A stretch of 64,000 nucleotides of DNA from Rubrivivax sp. (GCA_044224175.1 JBGAKY010000033.1:287-64286); one strand, 5' to 3'. Numbered from the stretch's first letter, positions 49,365-59,965 are shown. The notes: generated from the letters alone by a model not told the origin. Numbers and translations are program-made.

Positions 49365-49769
49365 TCAGACGCAGGTGGCGGAGACGTCGTGGGTGTGCAG
49401 GTTGAGCGAACTGGTCACCGTCACCGCCGTGCCGGCCTTCAGCTGCGCCAGCTGGCCGGGCGTGAACGTCACGGTGTGGTTGTGGTCGGCGGAGCCCTGG
49501 ATGTTGTAGGTCATGTTGACCGCGGAATTCAGGTCCGCCTCCGGGATGACGAGCGTGTGGCCGTGGTTGCCGGTGATGGCGGTGCCGGTGCTGCCGCAGG
49601 TCTGGCTGGGGCTGGGGGAAGGCGAAGGGGAGGGTGAAGGAGAAGGCGTGGGCGAAGCGCTGTAGGCCCCGCCGCCGCCACCCCCGCCACCGCAGCCGCC
49701 CAGCGTGAGCAGCACGCCCCCGCTGGCGAGTTGCACCACCTGGACCAGGAACTCCTTGCGCGTGACCAT
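49365..49769 (-). CDS. His-motif lipoprotein (three HxH motifs), Tat-like leader
   Basis: MVTRKEFL..LGGCGGG; SPSPSP linker; CGS..GNHGH, DHNH, LHTH..C. Confidence 0.75.
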   Translation of the reverse strand: MVTRKEFLVQVVQLASGGVLLTLGGCGGGGGGGGAYSASPTPSPSPSPSPSPSPSQTCGSTGTAITGNHGHTLVIPEADLNSAVNMTYNIQGSADHNHTVTFTPGQLAQLKAGTAVTVTSSLNLHTHDVSATCV

Positions 49770-49849
49770 GGCTTCGATCTCCGGGGGGTTGAACCCCCGG
49801 TGTACGCGCCGTGGCCATGCGGGCTTCCCGCCGGGCGCGGGCGCAGGCG

Positions 49850-52477
49850 TTACAGGGCTTTGCTGGCGAGACGGAAGCTGGGGTCTTCGGGGAAGTGCGC
49901 GAGCGAGAACCCCAGGTGCGTCATCAGCTCCAGCATGCGCCGGTTGTTGGCCAGGATGAGGCCGATGATTTCCGACAACCCCTTGCCGCGCGCGAAGTCG
50001 ATGATGGCCAACATCAGCCGCGTGCCCAACCCCTGGCCGGCGAAGCCGTCGGCCACCGCGAGCGAGAACTCGCAGCTCGTCTGGTCGGGGTTGGTGATGT
50101 AGCGGCTGACGCCGATGATGCGTTCGCTTTCGGTGATGCTGCCGTCTTCGTGCGTCTGGCGTTCCTTCAGCACCGCCACCAGCGCCATCTCGCGGTCGTA
50201 GTCGATCAGCGTGTAGCGCGCCAGCATGCGCGCCGGCAGCTCGGGCATGGTGCTGGCGAAGCGGAAGTAGCGGCTCTCTTCGGACAGGCCGCGCACGAAG
50301 GCCTGCAGCATGTCGGCGTCGTCGGGGTGGATCGGGCGCACCGTGTACTGGCCACCGCCCTTCATGGGCCATTCGCGTTCGTGCGCGGTGGGATAGGGCA
50401 GGATCGCCAGGTGGTCGTAGCGGCCGGGCGTGGAAGGCGCGTGGTCGATGACGATGCGCGCGTCCACCGCCACCGCGCCCAGCTCGTCGACGATGATGGG
50501 GTTGAGGTCCATCTCGCGCAGCTGCGGCAGCTCGCACACCATTTCCGACACGCGAAGCAGGATCTGCTCCAGCGCTTCCATGTGGGCCGGCGGGGCGCCG
50601 CGCCATTCGCCCAGGCTTTCGGCGATGCGTGCGCGTTCGATCAGTCGCCGCGCCAGGAACTGGTTGAGCGGCGGCAGTTCCATCGAGCGGTCGGCGATGA
50701 GCTCGATCATCGTGCCGCCGGCGCCGAAGGTGATCACCGGGCCGAAGGGGTCGTCGGTGGTCAGGCCCACGTACACCTCGCGCGAGATGCCGCGTGGCGT
50801 GCGCCCGGCCATGGGCTGCACGGTGACGCCGTTGATGCGCGCACCGGGCATCGCGCGCGCCACCGCGTCCATCATCTCGTTGAAGCGGTCGCGCACCTGG
50901 GTGGCGCTGGTGATGTCCAGGATCACGCCGTGCACGTCACTCTTGTGCGCGATGTCGGGCGAGTCGATCTTCAGCGCCACCGGGTAGCCCAGCTGGCTGG
51001 CGATGAGCATCGCCTCGTTCGAGTTGCGCGCCAGCATGGTGCGCGTGACCGGAATGTGGAAGGCCGCCAGCAGGGCCTTGCTTTCCATCTCGGTCAGCAC
51101 GCGGCGCCGTTCGGCAAGCACGCCTTCGATGAGCAGGCGCGCGCCTTCGCTGTCGGGCTTGGCCAGGTCCGACAGCGGCGGCGGCGTCTGCTGCAACAGC
51201 TGCTGGTTGCGGTAGAAGCTGGCGATGCTGTTGAACGCGTCGACCGCGCCTTCGGGGGCGCGGAACACGGGCAGCGAGATCGAGTCCAGGTATTCGCGCG
51301 CCGGCCGCGCGCGCTTCTCGCCCAGCCAGCAGCCCAGCACCGGCTTGCCGGTGGGCTTGAATGCCTCGCCCACCGCGCGCGCCACCGCTTCGGGGTCGCT
51401 GCCCGCCTTGGGCGAATGCATCAGCAGCACGCCGTCGGCGTTCCGGTCCTGCAGAGCGGCTTCGAAGGCGGTGCGGTAGGCCTCGGGGCTGGCGTCCTCG
51501 CCCAGGTCCTTCACGGCGGCCACCTCGAGGCCGATCTCGTCGGCCCAGTCGGCGGCCAGCACGCCCGGCCCGCCGCCGTTGGTCACGATGGCCAGCCGCC
51601 GCCCCACGGGCCGGAAGCGCGACGCCAGGCAGCGCGCGGCCGAGAACAGCTGCGTGATCGTGCGCACCCGCACCACGCCGGCGCGGCGCAGCGCGGCGTC
51701 GAACACGTCGTCGCTGCCCACGATGGCGGCCGAATGGGTGAGCGCGGCCTTCGAACCCGCGGGCTTGCGGCCTGCCTTCATCACCACCACCGGCTTGGCG
51801 TAGGCGGCGGCGCGCAGCGCGCTCATGAAGCGGCGCGCGTTGCGGATGCCTTCCAGGTAGACCAGGATGCTCTGGGTCTGGCCGTCGTGCGCCAGGAAGT
51901 CCAGCGCCTCGGGCAGGTCGACCGCGGTGTTGGGGCCGAGCGAGATGACGGTGGAGAAGCCGACGCGCGCACTGGAGGCCCAGTCGATGATGGACGCGGT
52001 GAGCGCGCCCGACTGCGCCACCAGGCCCAGCGGCCCGCTGGCCACCAGCGGCCCCAGGCCGCTGGCGTTGAGGCCCAGCGCCGGGCGCTGGAAGCCCAGG
52101 CTGTTGGGGCCCAGCAGCTGCACGCCGTGGCGGTGCGCGGTGCGGTGCAGCTCGGCGCAAAGGGCGGGTTCGAAGCCGGTGGACAGCACCACCGCGGCGC
52201 GGCAGCGGATGCGCCCGGCCACTTCCATGGCGGCGGGCACGTCTTCGGCCGGCAGCGCGATGAGGGCGAGGTCGGCGCGCGAAAGCGCCAGCTCGGCCAG
52301 GGTGCCGGTCATGCCGATGTCCAGCCAGGTGGTCTCGCCCGAGAAGGGCTTCTCGGCCAGGGCCTGGCGCAGCGAGTGCGCCATCGGCGTGGGGGCGGTC
52401 TCGTTCTTGGGGTCGCCCGCGAAGACGACGATCGATTTTGGTGCGAAAAGCGGGCTCAGCAGGTGGCGGTCCATCAT
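49850..52477 (-). CDS. pat: Protein lysine acetyltransferase (acyl-CoA synthetase-like plus GNAT; Pat/YfiQ)
   Basis: LLGPNSLG, AQSGAL, LYLEG, KAGR, HSAAIVGSD, NGGGPGVLAAD, KIDSPDIAHKSD, FGPVITFG, C-terminal GNAT YFRF..DYDREMA..QGLG. Confidence 0.9.
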   Translation of the reverse strand: MMDRHLLSPLFAPKSIVVFAGDPKNETAPTPMAHSLRQALAEKPFSGETTWLDIGMTGTLAELALSRADLALIALPAEDVPAAMEVAGRIRCRAAVVLSTGFEPALCAELHRTAHRHGVQLLGPNSLGFQRPALGLNASGLGPLVASGPLGLVAQSGALTASIIDWASSARVGFSTVISLGPNTAVDLPEALDFLAHDGQTQSILVYLEGIRNARRFMSALRAAAYAKPVVVMKAGRKPAGSKAALTHSAAIVGSDDVFDAALRRAGVVRVRTITQLFSAARCLASRFRPVGRRLAIVTNGGGPGVLAADWADEIGLEVAAVKDLGEDASPEAYRTAFEAALQDRNADGVLLMHSPKAGSDPEAVARAVGEAFKPTGKPVLGCWLGEKRARPAREYLDSISLPVFRAPEGAVDAFNSIASFYRNQQLLQQTPPPLSDLAKPDSEGARLLIEGVLAERRRVLTEMESKALLAAFHIPVTRTMLARNSNEAMLIASQLGYPVALKIDSPDIAHKSDVHGVILDITSATQVRDRFNEMMDAVARAMPGARINGVTVQPMAGRTPRGISREVYVGLTTDDPFGPVITFGAGGTMIELIADRSMELPPLNQFLARRLIERARIAESLGEWRGAPPAHMEALEQILLRVSEMVCELPQLREMDLNPIIVDELGAVAVDARIVIDHAPSTPGRYDHLAILPYPTAHEREWPMKGGGQYTVRPIHPDDADMLQAFVRGLSEESRYFRFASTMPELPARMLARYTLIDYDREMALVAVLKERQTHEDGSITESERIIGVSRYITNPDQTSCEFSLAVADGFAGQGLGTRLMLAIIDFARGKGLSEIIGLILANNRRMLELMTHLGFSLAHFPEDPSFRLASKAL

Positions 52478-52596
52478 GCTTCGAGGATAGGCCACGCGAG
52501 TGAACGCGCGCTTGATCCCGGCCATGCGGGCGTGCTTTCTGAGGGTCCGAAAGCGTGATACGGGTCGCACTCGGGCACTGGCACGACAATGCACGC

Positions 52597-54183
52597 ATGA
52601 ACGCCGACGCCCCCAACCCCTACCGCACCGTCCGCAGCCCCGTCTTCGCCCGCAACGTGGTCGCCACCTCGCAGCCACTGGGCGCGGGGGCCGGCAACGC
52701 GGTCGACGCCGCCATCGCCGCCGCGGCGGCCATGGCCATCGTCGAGCCCTGCTCCAACGGCCTGGGCAGCGACAACTTCGCCATCCTCTGGGACGGGAAC
52801 AAGCTCCATGGCCTGAACAGCAGCGGCACCGCGCCGGCGGCCTGGAATCCAGGCTATTTCCGTCGCAAGCATGGCGACAAGATGCCGCTGCGCGGCTGGG
52901 ACACGGTCACGGTGCCGGGTGCGGTGGCCGGCTGGGCGGCCTTGTCCGAACGCTTCGGCAAGCTGCCCTTCGCCGACCTGCTGCAGCCGGCCATCGAGCT
53001 GGCCGAGCGCGGCTACGGCGTCGGCCCCATCACCGCCGACAAGTGGATGCGCGCCGCGCCGCTGCTGGCCGACCAGCCGGGCTGGGCGCAGACCTTCATG
53101 CCGAAGGGCCGGCCGCCCAAGCCGGGCGAACGCTTCGTGCTGGAAGGCGCGGGCGCCACGCTGCGCAAGATCGCCGCGACGAAGGGCGACGCCTTCTACC
53201 GCGGCGAGATCGCGGCCGCGCTGGCCGCGCACGCGAAGGCGCATGGCGGCAGCATGACCGAAGCCGACCTCGCCGCCTACCAGCCGACGTGGGTGGAGCC
53301 GATCTCGAAGGACTACGCCGGCCACACGCTGCACGAGATTCCGCCCAATGGGCAGGGCATCGCGGCGCTCATCGCGCTGGGCTTGCTCGACAAGCTGGAC
53401 CTGGCGCGCTTCGGCGACCCCGACAGCCTGGACGCGCAGCACCTGCAGATCGAAGCCATGAAGCTGGCCTTCGCCGACACCTACCGCTGGGTGGCCGACG
53501 AAGGCGCGATGACGCAGGTGCGGCCCGCCGACCTGCTGTCCGACGGCTACCTGAGCGAACGCGTGAAGCTCATCGACCCGAAGCGCGCGACGCACTTCCA
53601 GCACGGCCAGCCGCCGCGCGGTGGCACCATCTACCTGACCGCCGCCGACGAGCGCGGCATGATGGTGAGCCTGATCCAGAGCAACTACATGGGCTTCGGC
53701 TCGGGCGTGGTGGTGCCGGGCACCGGCGTGAGCCTGCAGAACCGCGGCCACGGCTTCACGCTCGACGAAAGCCACCCCAACGTGGTGGCGCCCGGCAAGC
53801 GGCCGTTCCACACCATCATCCCCGGCTTCCTCACGAAGGGCGGCCGGCCGGTGATGAGTTTCGGCGTCATGGGCGGCAACATGCAGCCGCAGGGCCACCT
53901 GCAGACCCTGGTGCGCATGCTCACGTTCGGGCAGAACCCGCAGGCCGCCTGCGACGCACCGCGCTGGAAGGTGGCCACCGGCCTGGCGATGGACTGCGAA
54001 TACACCATGGACCCGGCGCTGGTGCAGGGCCTGCGCGAGCGCGGCCACGACATCGTGCCGCAGCCCGACGCCTACATGGACTACGGCTCCGGCCAGTTCA
54101 TCGCGCGCCTCTCGGAAGATCGGGAAGACGGCTACATCGCGGCCAGTGATTCGCGCCGCGAAGGCCAGGCCGTGGGCTTCTAG
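52597..54183 (+). CDS. ggt: Gamma-glutamyltransferase-family (YwrD-like) Ntn hydrolase
   Basis: NAVDAAIA, VEPCSNGLGSD, EIPPNGQG, GGTIYL (catalytic Thr), SLIQSNYMGFGSG, RPFHTIIP, GVMGG; N-terminal segment appears shortened. Confidence 0.92.
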   Translation: MNADAPNPYRTVRSPVFARNVVATSQPLGAGAGNAVDAAIAAAAAMAIVEPCSNGLGSDNFAILWDGNKLHGLNSSGTAPAAWNPGYFRRKHGDKMPLRGWDTVTVPGAVAGWAALSERFGKLPFADLLQPAIELAERGYGVGPITADKWMRAAPLLADQPGWAQTFMPKGRPPKPGERFVLEGAGATLRKIAATKGDAFYRGEIAAALAAHAKAHGGSMTEADLAAYQPTWVEPISKDYAGHTLHEIPPNGQGIAALIALGLLDKLDLARFGDPDSLDAQHLQIEAMKLAFADTYRWVADEGAMTQVRPADLLSDGYLSERVKLIDPKRATHFQHGQPPRGGTIYLTAADERGMMVSLIQSNYMGFGSGVVVPGTGVSLQNRGHGFTLDESHPNVVAPGKRPFHTIIPGFLTKGGRPVMSFGVMGGNMQPQGHLQTLVRMLTFGQNPQAACDAPRWKVATGLAMDCEYTMDPALVQGLRERGHDIVPQPDAYMDYGSGQFIARLSEDREDGYIAASDSRREGQAVGF

Positions 54184-54248
54184 GGAGGCACCCTTAGGCC
54201 CCATTGCGGATGAGCGCGAGAACGCGCCCGGCCTAGACTGGGTCCGTC

Positions 54249-54545
54249 ATGGAGACCGCATCGGGGCCGATCGTGATCGTCAAACTCAAGCGGGGCTGGG
54301 TGTTCGATGTCGATGCGGGCGTCGCCAGCCGGCGCGGCGAGCGGGTGCAGCTGATGCTGCCACCGGGGGCGCGCGTGCTGCCGGCGCTGCCGCTGCCGCC
54401 GCAACGCCACCGCACGCCGGGCGAACGCGAGATCCTGCGCTTCCTGAAGCTGCTGCCGCCGCCCGAGATGGACGGCCAGGCCGCGCTGGCATTGGTGCGC
54501 GACTGGCGGTTCGTCGAAAGCGCGCACCTCGCGCCTACGGCCTGA
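54249..54545 (+). CDS. Hypothetical protein, weak resemblance to a subtilase pro-domain
   Basis: IVIVKLKRG..LPPGARV..ILRFLKL..AALALVRDWRFVESA; no catalytic domain follows. Confidence 0.5.
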   Translation: METASGPIVIVKLKRGWVFDVDAGVASRRGERVQLMLPPGARVLPALPLPPQRHRTPGEREILRFLKLLPPPEMDGQAALALVRDWRFVESAHLAPTA

Positions 54546-55266
54546 CCGCCGGCGTCTCCAGCGCCATGCCGGCGGCGCGCTGCATCAGGTACAGCTGCAG
54601 CGCCACCAACTCCTTCGAGCCCCCGCCGAAGGCTTCGGCCCGCACGCCCGAAGCGCAGTTGCGGATGCGCCGCTCCAGCGAGCCCACGGCCTGCCATTCG
54701 AGCCGGTAGATCGGGTAGCCGGTGGGGTGGCCCTGCGGGATCAGGCTGCCGCCCAGGCGGCCACCGGCATGGCGGTCGTGGCATTCGGCGCAGGCGAAGT
54801 CGAGCTGGCCGATGCGGGTGTCGAAGAGGCGCCGGCCCTCTTCGAGGAAAGGCGCCAGCCGTGCGTCGGCCGGCGGCGCGATCGGCAGCCCGCGCGAGGC
54901 ATTGGCCACGTAGATCTCCAGCGCCAGCGCGTCGGCATGCTCGGGTGGCCAGGGCGGCTGCTTCACGAAGTCGACACGGCAGCGCTCGATGCGCTGCGCC
55001 AGCGTCACCGGGCGCCCGAGCGCGGCGTCGAAGGCCGGGTAGCGCACCGCCACCCCGCGCATCGACTTCGGCTCGTGGCAGCGCTGGCATTCGTCGGCGA
55101 AGCGCTGTTCGCCGTCCTTCAGCCACAGCGTGGCGGGGTTCAGCGTGTCGTCGCGCTGCAGCGCCTGGGTGGCGGGCGACATGAAGTCGAAGCCCGACTG
55201 GCGCGCCGGCTGCGCCGGTGCGGCGACCGCCGCCAGCAGCGCGCCCAGTGCCAGCCAGCGCTTCAT
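54535..55266 (-). CDS. soxA: SoxA-like diheme c-type cytochrome
   Basis: CQRCH and CAECH heme motifs, IERCR, GHPTGYPIYRLEWQ, RIRNC active-site Cys, ELVALQLYL; signal peptide. Confidence 0.92.
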   Translation of the reverse strand: MKRWLALGALLAAVAAPAQPARQSGFDFMSPATQALQRDDTLNPATLWLKDGEQRFADECQRCHEPKSMRGVAVRYPAFDAALGRPVTLAQRIERCRVDFVKQPPWPPEHADALALEIYVANASRGLPIAPPADARLAPFLEEGRRLFDTRIGQLDFACAECHDRHAGGRLGGSLIPQGHPTGYPIYRLEWQAVGSLERRIRNCASGVRAEAFGGGSKELVALQLYLMQRAAGMALETPAVRP

Positions 55267-55583
55267 GAGACCGAGATCGTCACGCTCTCGGTCTGCGAGA
55301 AGCCGTTGTCGCCGCTCCAGGTGACGCTGATCGTGCCGCTGGTGGTGGCGCGCAGGTGGAAGGCCACCAGCGGGTTGGCCGAGATGGCCGGCCACAGGTC
55401 GGCCGCGAACACCAGCTCGCCTTCGTAGCGGCATTCCATGCGGCGGATGATGTCGCGCGGCACCGGGGCGCCGGCGCTGTCCACGCGGTAGCCGGTCTCC
55501 ATCGCGTGGGCGACGGTGGCGCGCACCTCGAACACGTCGCCGCGCAGCGCGGCCTTGGGGGCGAAGAGCAGGGCGCGCGCCAT
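55263..55583 (-). CDS. soxZ: SoxZ-like protein
   Basis: VAHAMETGYR, PRDII, AISANP, W.GDNG; stop overlaps the soxA start. Confidence 0.9.
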   Translation of the reverse strand: MARALLFAPKAALRGDVFEVRATVAHAMETGYRVDSAGAPVPRDIIRRMECRYEGELVFAADLWPAISANPLVAFHLRATTSGTISVTWSGDNGFSQTESVTISVS

Positions 55584-55589
55584 GTGCGT

Positions 55590-56021
55590 TCAGCTTTCGA
55601 TGCAGGCGGCGAGCGTGACGATCACGTCCACCCGCTGCTGCCAGACGCTGCCGTCGTTCATCTTCGCCAGCAGCGCCAGCTGCTGCGAAGTGGCCAGGCG
55701 GATGCGCGTGGCCACCTGCGCGCGCCCGCAGCGCGGTCCCAGGTGGAACACCGCCACCTCGGTGTTGGGGTTCTTCTCGTTGAACAGCGCCAGCTCGCGC
55801 ACGTGCTCGGTCGGCGTCATCGCGCTGTCGCAGCGCAGCAGCACCGGCACCGCGTTGCCGTTGTCGATGAGCGGCGCGATCTCCAGCGTCACGCGCCCTT
55901 CCTGCGGCTTCGCGCCGGCGCACCAGGCGGTGATGGCGGCCTGCATCGATTCTGGCGTGGCGACGGCCGGGCGCAGCAGCAGGGTGCCGAAGCCGGCGAT
56001 GAGGATTTCGCGGCGATTCAC
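55590..56021 (-). CDS. soxY: SoxY-like sulfur carrier with non-canonical C-terminus VTLAACIES
   Basis: Tat NRREIL; IAPLIDNGNAVPV, EKNPN, VATRIRL; the terminal Cys is retained but the GGCGG arm is replaced; GTG overlaps the soxX stop. Confidence 0.85.
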   Translation of the reverse strand: MNRREILIAGFGTLLLRPAVATPESMQAAITAWCAGAKPQEGRVTLEIAPLIDNGNAVPVLLRCDSAMTPTEHVRELALFNEKNPNTEVAVFHLGPRCGRAQVATRIRLATSQQLALLAKMNDGSVWQQRVDVIVTLAACIES

Positions 56022-56413
56022 TTCAGGGTCTGCAGGAAGGCGACGACGTCTTCCACCTGCTGCGCGCTCAGCACCGGCTTGCCGGCGAAGGCCGGGGCCA
56101 CGCGCTGGAGGCCTTCCACGCGGTGCAGCGAAGGCATCAGCGACTGCGGGTTGAGCGCGCGCGCGTCGGCCACGCGCAGGCGCAGCTGGGCCGCGTTCCA
56201 GCGGCGGCCGGCCCCTTCCAGGCTGGGTGCCAGGTTGCCCTGGAAGCGCTCTTCCGGGAACGGCCCGCTGTGGCAAAGCAGGCAAAGGCCCTGCTGCCGG
56301 TTGGCGACGATCGCCCGGCCGCGTGCGGCGTCGCCCGGCGCGGCGGTCAGCGGCTCGGGCATGCCGTCGCCGACAATGGCCGCCGCCATGAGCAGCAACG
56401 CGGCAAGGCTCAT
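56018..56413 (-). CDS. soxX: SoxX-like monoheme cytochrome c
   Basis: GDAARG, CLLCH, GNLAPSL, NPQSLMP (Met ligand). Confidence 0.9.
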   Translation of the reverse strand: MSLAALLLMAAAIVGDGMPEPLTAAPGDAARGRAIVANRQQGLCLLCHSGPFPEERFQGNLAPSLEGAGRRWNAAQLRLRVADARALNPQSLMPSLHRVEGLQRVAPAFAGKPVLSAQQVEDVVAFLQTLK

Positions 56414-58577
56414 GCGCGCTTCAGGCTCGTGTGCTTCAGCGGCAGCGTGCGCACCCGGATGCCGGTGGCCGCGAAGATCGCGTTCAGGACCGCCGGCGCC
56501 GCCACCGCGATGGTGGGTTCGCCCACGCCGCCCCAGAAGCCGCCGCTGGGCATGACGATGGTCTCGACCTGGGGCATGTCCTTCATCTTCAGCACCGGGT
56601 AGGTGTCGAAGTTGGTCTGCACGATGCGGCCGTCCTTCACCGTGCATTCGCCGTACAGCGCCGCCGAAAGGCCGTAGACGAACGAGCCTTCGACCTGGGC
56701 TTCGATCTGCTGCGGGTTCACCGCGTGGCCGCTGTCGGTGGCGGCGACGATGCGGTGGATCTTCAGCTCGCCTTCGGCGCTGACCGAGACCTCGGCGCAG
56801 GCGGCCACGTAGCTGCCGAAGCCGTGCGTCACCGACAGGCCGCGGAACACCTTCTGCCCGTTCACGTCCGGCGCCGGCCGGCCCCAGCCGGCGCGTTCGG
56901 CCACCGCGTTGAGCACGCCCAGGTGCCTGGGCGACTTCGCCAGCAGCTTGCGGCGCAGTTCCAGCGGGTCCTGACCGCTGGCGGCGGCGATCTCGTCGAC
57001 GAAACACTCGACGTAGATCGTGTTGTGGTTCAGGTTCACGCCGCGCCAGAAGCCGGGCGGCACGTGCGGGTTGCGCATCGCATGGTCGATGAGCAGGTTC
57101 GGGATCGCCGGGTAGGCGAACGAAGCCTCGGGCCCGCCCGGGTTCAGCCCCTGGAAGGCCACCGGGTCCTTGCCGTCCTTGATGGTCTGCGGCGCGACGC
57201 CGGCCAGGATGCTCTGGCCCGACAGCCGCATGTGCAGCGCCGTCACGTTGCCCTGCGCGTCCAGGCCGGCCTGCAGCCGGCACATCGTCACCGGGTGGTA
57301 GCGGCCGTGCGTCATGTCCTCTTCGCGCGACCAGATCAGCTTCACCGGCGTGCCCGGCATCTGCTTCGCGATCTGCACCGCCTGGCGCACCCAGTCGTGC
57401 ACCGCGCCGCGGCGGCCGAAGCCGCCGCCGAGGTGGATCTTGTAGACCTCGCACTGCGCCGGCGGCAGGCCCGCGGCTTCGGAAGCGGCGGCCAGCGCGG
57501 CCTCGCCGTTCTGCGTGGGCGTCCAGACCTCGCAGCGTTCGGGCGTCCACTTCGCGGTGGCGTTCATCACCTCCATCGTGGCGTGGTTCTGGTGCGGGTA
57601 GGCGTAGACCGCCTCCACCTTGCGTGCGGCGGCGGCCAGCGCCGCGGCGGCGTCGCCCTGGCTGTTGCCCACCGCGGCCTGCGGGGCGTCGAGCCCGGCC
57701 CTCAGCAGGGCGGCGATGTCGCTCTGCTGCACCTTGCCGTTGGCGCTGGTGTCCCAGTCGACGACCAGCGCGTCGACCGCCTTCTTCGCGTGCCACCAGG
57801 TGTCGGCCACCACGGCCACCGCGCTGTCGCCCACGCGCAGCACCTTCTTCACGCCGGGCATCTTCTCGGCCGCGGCGCTGTCCACGCCCTTGACGGTGCC
57901 GCCGAACACCGGGCAGTCGCGGATGGCGGCGTTGAGCATGCCGGGCAGCTTCAGGTCGGTGCCGTAGACCTGGGCGCCGGTGGTCTTGTCCACCGTGTCC
58001 AGGCGCGCCAGGCGGCGGCCGGCGACCTTCCAGTCCTTCGGGTCCTTCAGGGTGACGGTCTCGGGCGGCGGCAGCTTCGCGGCGGCGCCGGCCACCTTGC
58101 CGAAGGTGGTGCTGCGGCCGGAGCCGGCGTGGCGGATCACGCCCTTGTCGACCTTGCACTCGGCGGCCGGCACCTTCCATTCGTCGGCGGCGGCCTGCAC
58201 CAGCATCAGGCGCGCCTGCGCGCCGCCCTTGCGCACGTAGTCGTGCGACTCGCGGATGCCGCGGCTGCCGCCGGTGGAGAAGTTGCCCCAGACGCGGTTG
58301 CGCGCCAGGTTCTGGCCCGGCGTGGGGTATTCGGTGACCACGCGCGCCCAGTCGCATTCCAGCTCTTCGGCCACCAGCTGCGCCAGGCCGGTGAGCGTGC
58401 CCTGGCCCATCTCCGAACGGGCGATGCGGATCACCACCGTGTCGTCGGGCTGCACCACGACCCAGGCGTTGACTTCCGGCGTGGCCGCGCCCTGGGCGAA
58501 GGCGGGCACGTGGAAGCCGACCACCAGCGAGCCGGCGACGGCGCTGCCCAGGAATTCGCGGCGCTTGAGGATGGCGC

Positions 58578-58581
<4 letters not shown>
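56410..58581 (-). CDS. Xanthine-dehydrogenase-family molybdoprotein, IorB-like large subunit, Tat signal
   Basis: KRREFL; [38 protein letters not shown]. Confidence 0.93.
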
Positions 58582-59075
<494 letters not shown>

Positions 59076-59207
59076 CGACGGGTCTCCTCGGCTTCTTCCT
59101 GGTGGGGCTGCGATGATGCGCAGGAATGATCACCCCGGGGTCTTGTAGGAAACCCGGCGCACCGCTCCACAATCGTCCGCCGATCCCAACCCGAGCAGGA
59201 GGCGACG

Positions 59208-59687
59208 ATGAAGGGCGACACCAAGGTCCTGGAATACCTCAACCGCCAGCTGAAGAACGAGCTCACCGCCGTCAACCAGTACTTCCTGCACGCGCGCATG
59301 CTGAAGAACTGGGGCCTGGCCCGCATGGCCAAGCACGAGTACGAGGAGTCGATCGAGGAGATGAAACACGCCGACCGACTGGTCGAGCGCATCCTCATGC
59401 TCGAAGGGCTGCCCAACCTGCAGGACCTGGGCAAGCTGCTGATCGGCGAAAGCGCGGTCGAGATCCTGCACTGCGACCTGAAGGCCGAGACCGGCTCGCA
59501 TGCGCTGCTGAAGGAAGCCATCGCGCACTGCGAATCGGTGCGCGACTACGTCAGCCGCGAGATCCTGGAGGACATCCTCGAAGACACCGAAGAACACATC
59601 GACCACCTGGAGACCCAGATCGACCTGGTCGCCAAGCTGGGCGAACCCAACTGGCTGCAGAGCCAGATGGGTGACGGCGCGTCTTGA
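59208..59687 (+). CDS. bfr: Bacterioferritin
   Basis: [25 protein letters not shown] (heme Met), EEHID.LE. Confidence 0.96.
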   Translation: MKGDTKVLEYLNRQLKNELTAVNQYFLHARMLKNWGLARMAKHEYEESIEEMKHADRLVERILMLEGLPNLQDLGKLLIGESAVEILHCDLKAETGSHALLKEAIAHCESVRDYVSREILEDILEDTEEHIDHLETQIDLVAKLGEPNWLQSQMGDGAS

Positions 59688-59723
59688 TCCTGGTCAAGTC
59701 ATTGTTATTGAGAAGGATTCGCA
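59684..59723 (+). promoter_or_regulatory. FNR-like box plus Fur-like box upstream of bfd
   Basis: TTGAT-CCTG-GTCAA (59684-59697, 9/10 match to the FNR consensus); TGAGAAG-G-ATTCGCA (59709-59723, 7-1-7 Fur-type) in an AT-rich spacer. Confidence 0.6.
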
Positions 59724-59746
59724 TTTAAGATAGACTGCGTCGCACA

Positions 59747-59965
59747 ATGATCGTCTGCCTCTGCCACCGCGTCTCCGACCGCGACATCCAGGCGGCGGTG
59801 CGCGCCGGCACCCGCTGCTTCGAAGTGCTGCAGGACGATCTTCGCGTCGCCTCGTCCTGCGGTTGCTGTCTGGACTGCGCGCGCGAGGTGTTCGAAAGCG
59901 CCTGCGCCGAAGTGCCGGTGGCGGTGGTTGCCGAGGCAAAGTCTGCCGCGAGCGTGGGCGGTTGA
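59747..59965 (+). CDS. bfd: Bacterioferritin-associated ferredoxin
   Basis: MIVCLCHRVSDRDI..SSCGCC (Bfd-type CxC...CxxC). Confidence 0.9.
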   Translation: MIVCLCHRVSDRDIQAAVRAGTRCFEVLQDDLRVASSCGCCLDCAREVFESACAEVPVAVVAEAKSAASVGG

